Source: the human T2T-CHM13v2.0 reference genome, Homo sapiens
Length of the DNA stretch: 64,000 nucleotides
Direction: 5' to 3' (one strand)
NCBI RefSeq assembly: GCF_009914755.1
Contig: NC_060946.1
The position numbers were made by a program, and so were the translations under genes. The notes under the pieces were generated by a model. It was not told where the DNA came from. It ran no database searches and was given only the letters and a program-made list of their open reading frames with translations. Position 1 is the first letter of the stretch, and each line of letters starts with the position of its first letter. This document shows, in pieces, positions 58,001 to 64,000 of the stretch.

Positions 58001-61000
58001 GATCCAGGGACAGAGGTACAGACTGCAGTGCCCCGAGCCACGACCCTGCAAATTACCACCATGGGAAAGGAGGCTGACAAACCCCTGACAGTCGGCTGGG
58101 CTGGCAAAGACTTGTGGTTTCCATCAAGGTGGGAGGAGGTGGGACCTCCTAGCCCCTCCCCAATGCCCATAGCAGAGGGAAGTGGCCACTTCCCCTGTGT
58201 GGTTACAAAGATCTCATTATTCTTCCCCACAGAGAGGAAACTGGAGGACTGAGCTCAGAATGCATTTTGGAATTGGCAGAAAAGAACATCTGGGGAAGGA
58301 AACACATTTCAGAAACAAACATACCTTTGTACCAGCTTTTATTTAAGTGTTGGAAAAATAATAATAAAGACATGCCGAATTTATCATCACTCTACAAAAT
58401 CCCTCTATTGAGCAAAATGTGGCAGCTCTGCTTTCAAATGATCTACTGTTCCTGGAGAATTGCAGTGACGTGGATGCCAAGGCGCGAAGGCCGCCGTCAG
58501 CAGCCAAACAAAAGATGCCACCTTGGGCTCCATGACACTGTCCCATGCCAGGGAACTGGACAGATTTGGGGAATGCCACGGTTTGCCTTTAACCCCTTGC
58601 CTCCTGGTCCCTTGATGCATCTCAGAGGCTAACATTCTTTAAGGAACTGGCATTTCTTAGTTCTAAATATGTATGTGGGTTTGGGAGCTGCCTGCAAAGT
58701 CCAGTGTTGAGGATCAGCTCTGATTGCCTTGGAATCAAGCTTAAGTGTCGGGTCTTGAAGTTAATCGGAATTTGGAGAAGCTGAGCACTATGGTTTTGTA
58801 GGTCCTGGGTGAACTCTTCCACCAAGCATTCACCGTGGACTGACAGCGTGCGAGGGCCTCTGCAGGCAGGTGCATAGGACGAAGCAGATTCCCTCCGGGG
58901 GAAACCTGGAGGGAAGCTCCGTTTTTTTCCTAAGGCGCCAGGCCTGGCTTCATGGGTCCGTACCTTCCATGCCTGCCACACTTTCTGAGTCTCGTGTGGG
59001 AGCTGCTCCTGGTTCCTGACTTCACTCAGTCCTCATAAGAGGTGTAACTACTGTCACTCCATTTTACAGATGGGGAGACTGGGGCATAAGGGGACCAAGA
59101 AACTGACGCAAAGTCACACTTGGCTGATCAGTGACAGGGGAGATCAATTCCCAGGTTCTTTCTGCAAGAGTTAAATTGTTTTCATGCTGCCTAAGGGGGT
59201 GGGGAGGGGCAACTGAAAGACCCCTTGATATCTTTGCAAAAAGGGTCAAGCACAGAAGCTGCAGCCAGTGGGTCAGATCTGCGGAAGCGCTGGGGTGACC
59301 CTCCCTACACCCAGAGGGATGCTTGTCCCCTCCTGGCCTTCACTGGGTCCCCTCAGGACCATGGCCTCCCAGGACCTCAGCATAATCCTGGTCCTGTGCT
59401 CCAGGACAAGCCCTCTGTCCCCAGGATGATGAGGAAATGGAACCAAGAGAGGCTCGCTGCAGCCCAACACCCACTCTGCCCCTTCTCGGGGGCAAGAACC
59501 GTCCTGGGGAGGACTTGGCTTTGGAGGGGGAGCCTGGGAGGCCAGCAAGTCAAAAAGCCTCTCCTGCTCATGGGTGGGATCCCACCCTAGGCCCTCACCT
59601 GCTAGGGCGGGCAGGGATGGGCAGCACAGCTTGGCCAGGGCAGATAACCCCCACCTTGGCCAGGGGTGAGAGTAGGACACGTGGGCTCCAGCCTGGCCCC
59701 ACTATCCCTGCACAACACTGGGCAAAGTCCACGTTCTCCTCAACTGGATGTTGACATCTGCAGGACAGGGGCATGGATGTACAGAGCACTGAAGCCACAC
59801 AGCAACCTAGGAGCGAGACTCCATGCATCCCCGGGGACCCCTCCCCACCATGAGGACCACGCAGGCTTCCTGTGTGCCACAAGGGCTCCAGTGTGGAGAC
59901 ACACGTCTCCTACACAGCCAGACCTAACACTCTTGTAGCCGGGTGGTCCCACCTGGGCTCACAGCTGGAGAGCAAGGGGCTCAAGGCTTCACGGGGTCTG
60001 CTCTCATCCCAGAGACGATGGGGAGCCACACAGCAGGCTGTAGGAGAGAGGGTGGCGCCCCCCTCCACTTCAGAGGCCCCTTCTGGCACACAGACTGGAG
60101 AGCACATCTCGCAGTAACCACGGAGTGCCAACTGGGCACAGGGCCTGGTTAGCAGAGCAGGGCAGAGGCACTGACCATCCACAGCCAGGGTGAGGGAAGC
60201 TGAGCGGGCAGAGACCTCGGGCAGAGGGGGAAGACCCTGGTGGCCATGCTGGCCCTGCCTTCAGCAGTGAAGCTGACTGGGGAGGCGCTGATGCAAGGGG
60301 TCCAGAAAGGGCTGTTGGTCAGCCAGGGGGAGCCCCCCACAGATGAAGCAGCCAGCCAAGACGCAGAAGGCAAGGTCCCCTCAACAATGTCCTCTGAAAA
60401 GGAGAGGCGGGGACTGCTCTGGCAACACCTACAAATAGATGGTCAGCCCCCAGCCATACCTCTAACAAAGCAGAGGTCCCCAGGGGAGGGGCACCCGCAG
60501 GTTCCTGCACCTGTTCCCCCAGACTCCCAGAGCCCACCCGACCCCATCCCACCAGGGCTCCAGCTACAAAATAAATGCCGGGGCCAGCTAGGCAAGGTCG
60601 CACACTCGGTACCGACTGAACAGGCTCCACACTGTCATGAGTGCAACCCACAGGCCACGCTATGCAGAGCTGAGATTGTTTCACCCAAGCAGCCTTTCAG
60701 TGGAGCCAAACAAGTCCAGAGTCCCCGGGGTGTCTTCACCATGGAGTAACAATTGCAATGCGATGGTAACCCTAACAGCTAACCGTCACTGAGCCAGGCC
60801 CTGAGCTAGGCACTTTTCAACACCACCTCTCTGCAGCCTCAGGACGATCCTGTGGGAGCATAAAGATCATTCCCTATTACAGATGGGGAAACTGAGCCCT
60901 GGAGCAGTTAACATGCTTGTCCGAGACCACAGAGCTAGGAGTGAGACAGAAAAGCAGGTTGGGCAGGAACGGGTGATGGGGGCCTGCATGTGTTCCTCTG

Positions 61001-62970
61001 GAGGCTGGGTGGACACGCAGCCCCCAGGACCCCAACCCTGCAGCTCACCACTGCCCCCTCAGCTATTCCAGAAAACCTCGGGGTAGGGGAAGGAGGCTGG
61101 GGACACCTTAGGTGTCCGAAACAGTAGCTTCTGCTTGGAGGCCAGCGCTGCATAGTGGCTGCTACCCAGAAGCACACCCCAAGCCACCTGTGCCACCTGG
61201 GGTGACCTTCCAGCATGCCTTGATGACCAAGCTGGCCTTAGATACTGTGGGCAGCCAAGAACGGAACAGGGCACACCCATCCTCTTCACACCTACACAAA
61301 GCAAGAGGGGGGAACTTCAACTGAGTGCGTCCCTCTTGCTCAAGGACCTCATGGATCACGGGGTCACGGCGTGATCCCAATTCTGGACTCTCATCTGCCT
61401 TTCATACTGCTCTGCCCACACAAGCCAGTAACGCTGGGGGCATCCCTGAACCTGTTTCCCACCTAAAACACATCATCCCCTTGGACCCCAGTCCTCCAGG
61501 AGAGGCTCTAATCCTTGACTGTGGTGAGATCAGATCACTGGTTAAGTACCCGGAGGAGCCTCGGTCAGGGAGCTCCAGGGGTTGGGGATGACGGGTGTGG
61601 TGGTGTCCCGCCCTGGGCTACAGTCCACCCTGATGCAGGAGGTCTGTGGTCAGAACCGGGCTGTGCAGGGCACAGGAGTCCAGAGGGAGAAATGCTCACC
61701 TGGGGGGTCTCTGAGCAGGGCTCTCTGGACCCTCAGAGAAAAGCAAAGCAAGGAGGCCACCTGGAGCCCAACACCTAGCACCCAGAGGCATGCCAGACCT
61801 GCCTGGATCCTGGAGGAGATCTCTCATCACACTCCAAGTCAGTCATGCCCAACCCAGGGACCCACAGCCCAAGGGGGCTGTGGAGATGTACTGGGTCCAA
61901 GAAGGGCCTTCGACACTGAGAAGCCAAGTGGCACCCCCCGGTGCGGAACAGGTGGAATCCCACCAGCCTCTGCTCTGCCAGCGAGCACGGCTGGACGATG
62001 AGCAGAAGGGGCTGTTGCTTAGTAAACGTCATTTCCTTAAGAGGAGAAAACTTTTCAAAATAGATGGAAATTTTTTTTTTAATTAAAACTGGTGGCCAAA
62101 GGGATGGAAAGCGCCCCTTGTCCTTCCCTCCTATCGTGAGCCATCCTCTGCACACCTCAAGCTGTTCGCTGCCCAGGTGTCTCCTGAGGTGCAGGGGGCA
62201 GGTGAGAATCCATGAGCCCTCGGCTAGCCATGGCTCTCTGGAGCTCTGCCCCAGGCCTTCGGGGGACAGGCCGGGCAGCCTGGGGGCCACGCAAGGCAGA
62301 GCCCAGCTGGGTCAGCACACAGGGCCACACCGGGCACACAGTCTCCAAGCCTCCCCTGTGGACATAGTTCTCACTGTCCCAGCCCACTAGGTCCCGGGGG
62401 TCTGTCCCACAGGGTGATATGCTGTCACAGACCACTACGAGAGCCATGGCCTGCTGTTCCACTCGCAGCCAGGTAGTCACCTGCTCCACAGGGACAGGCA
62501 ACGCCGCACTGGGGACTACTCTGTGGCAGGACTAGAGCTCCAGCAGCTCAGCCCTCCTGAGAGGGAGAACTCTGTGCCCTAAAGGAAGCAGACGCAGCAG
62601 ACGGCACCAAAGCCACCACAAGCCTGTGGTGCCCTGCATGGCAGGTCAGGAGTCCCTGACCACTGCTCTTTGTAACCAGAGCTGCAGTGGAGCCTACAAG
62701 GCAAGGACTGTGGGTGGCAGTGGCCACAGCAGCTGAATGAGTGTCCCAAGGGAGCAGGCGGCTGCGGGGAGGCACAGCCCAGGCCCAGGAGTCCTCCGGC
62801 ACTGCAGCAAACTCCCTGGGCCGCCTGAGCAGCAAGCTGGTGGCAAGGGCACGAACTCCCAGGGGCACAACCTGGGAGAGTGAAACTCTCTTCATGTTCA
62901 AATTCTTGAGAACATATTAAAAACATCACTCAGTCACCTACTCTATAGTTTTAACGCAAAAGTACCAAAT

Positions 62971-63586
62971 TAGCTATGCGCAGTGGCTCACGCCTGTAAT
63001 CCCAGCACTTTGGGGGGCTGAGGCAGGAGGATTGAGCCCAGGAGTTCCAAATGAGCCTGGGCAACATGGTGGGACCCCATCTCTACAAAAGAAGTTTTTT
63101 TAAAAAAATTACCTGGGCATGGTGGTGTGTGCCTGTAGCCCCAACTACTCAGAAGGCTGAGGCAGGAGAACCACATGAACCTGGGGGAGATCGAGGCTGC
63201 AGTAGGCTGTGATGGCACCAATGCACTCCAAGCCTGGGCAACAGAGTGAGACTCTGTCTCAAAATAAATGTAAAAAACACCAGGCCAGGTGTGGTGGCTC
63301 ACGCCTGTAATCCCAGCACTTTGGGAGGCCGAGGTGGGTGGATCACCTGAGGTCAGGAGATCGAGACCATCCTGGCTAACACAGTGAAACCCCGTCTCTA
63401 CTAAAAATACAAAAAAATTAGCCGGGCGTGGTGGCGGGCGCCTGTAGTCCCAGCTACTTGGGAGGCTGAGGCAGGAGAATGGCATGAACCCGGGAGGCGG
63501 AGCTTTCAGTGAGCAGAGATCACACCACTGCACTCTAGCCTGGGCAACAGAGTGAGACTCCGTCTCAAAAAATAAATAAATCAAAA
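62971..63586 (+). mobile_element. Tandem AluJ (~62971-63276) and AluY-like (~63283-63586)
   Basis: Two dimers; the second has gagatcgagaccatcctggctaacac. Confidence 0.94.
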
Positions 63587-64000
63587 GCACCAAAACTTTT
63601 TAATATAAACACTTATTATTCCATAATTCCCTTTGCATGATTAAAAATGTTTATATAAAGGTTTTTGAAAATGGTAAGAATGCCAAGTGAAGGATGCAAA
63701 TGCCCAAGCCCCCACCCAGTGACAGCTCATACAGTCTGGGCCATGGGAGGTTGGTAGGTACCACATGGACCCGGGACTTCACGGTCAAGTCCCTTTGGGG
63801 TGCACTGGGTTTCCCACACCCCAGAAATATGGGCTCTTACTGCAGGACCATGGGGGTCCTCACACTTGGCCCAGAAGCTTTCTGTCACATAGCCAGACAG
63901 GCGTTCTACAACCTGGGCTAGATTTGGGGATGGCAGAGTCAGCTCATGCTCCAGCAGAATTCAAGCCAGAGGAGGTAAGCATGGGTAAAATCTGCTCTCT

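Noticed and set aside
62988-63593. 201-aa ORF and similar Alu-overlapping ORFs
   Set aside because: Translations of antisense Alu sequence.

Overview
Human-type sequence that I recognise as the LRP5L region of 22q11.23, a mosaic of duplicated blocks. (1) ~1-9.1 kb is AT-rich and hides a + strand run of small spliceable exons (5159-5226, a 22-nt micro-exon at 6298-6319, and 8917-9002). They join in one open acidic frame, come from an old internal duplication and resemble FAM230-family exons. (2) 9.1-14.0 kb is a minus-strand L1PA element with a ~1.1-kb internal deletion, non-matching flanks and an open antisense ORF0. (3) Next come a 20 x 44-bp Alu-derived minisatellite, a solo LTR12 with TSD, a 4 x 27-bp repeat and a 3'-truncated processed PHF10 pseudogene. 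(4) From ~20.4 kb lies a GC-rich unprocessed minus-strand copy of LRP5 exons 3-9 (LRP5L). It has a frameshift in exon 4, a stop in exon 6 and frameshifts in exon 9, but retains a 252-codon ORF from an internal ATG. About 30 Alus and several older repeats are present. No rRNA, tRNA or CRISPR features were seen, and most ORFs in the track are spurious. Comparisons with reference genes and repeat consensus sequences are from memory; repeat boundaries are approximate unless a TSD is given.
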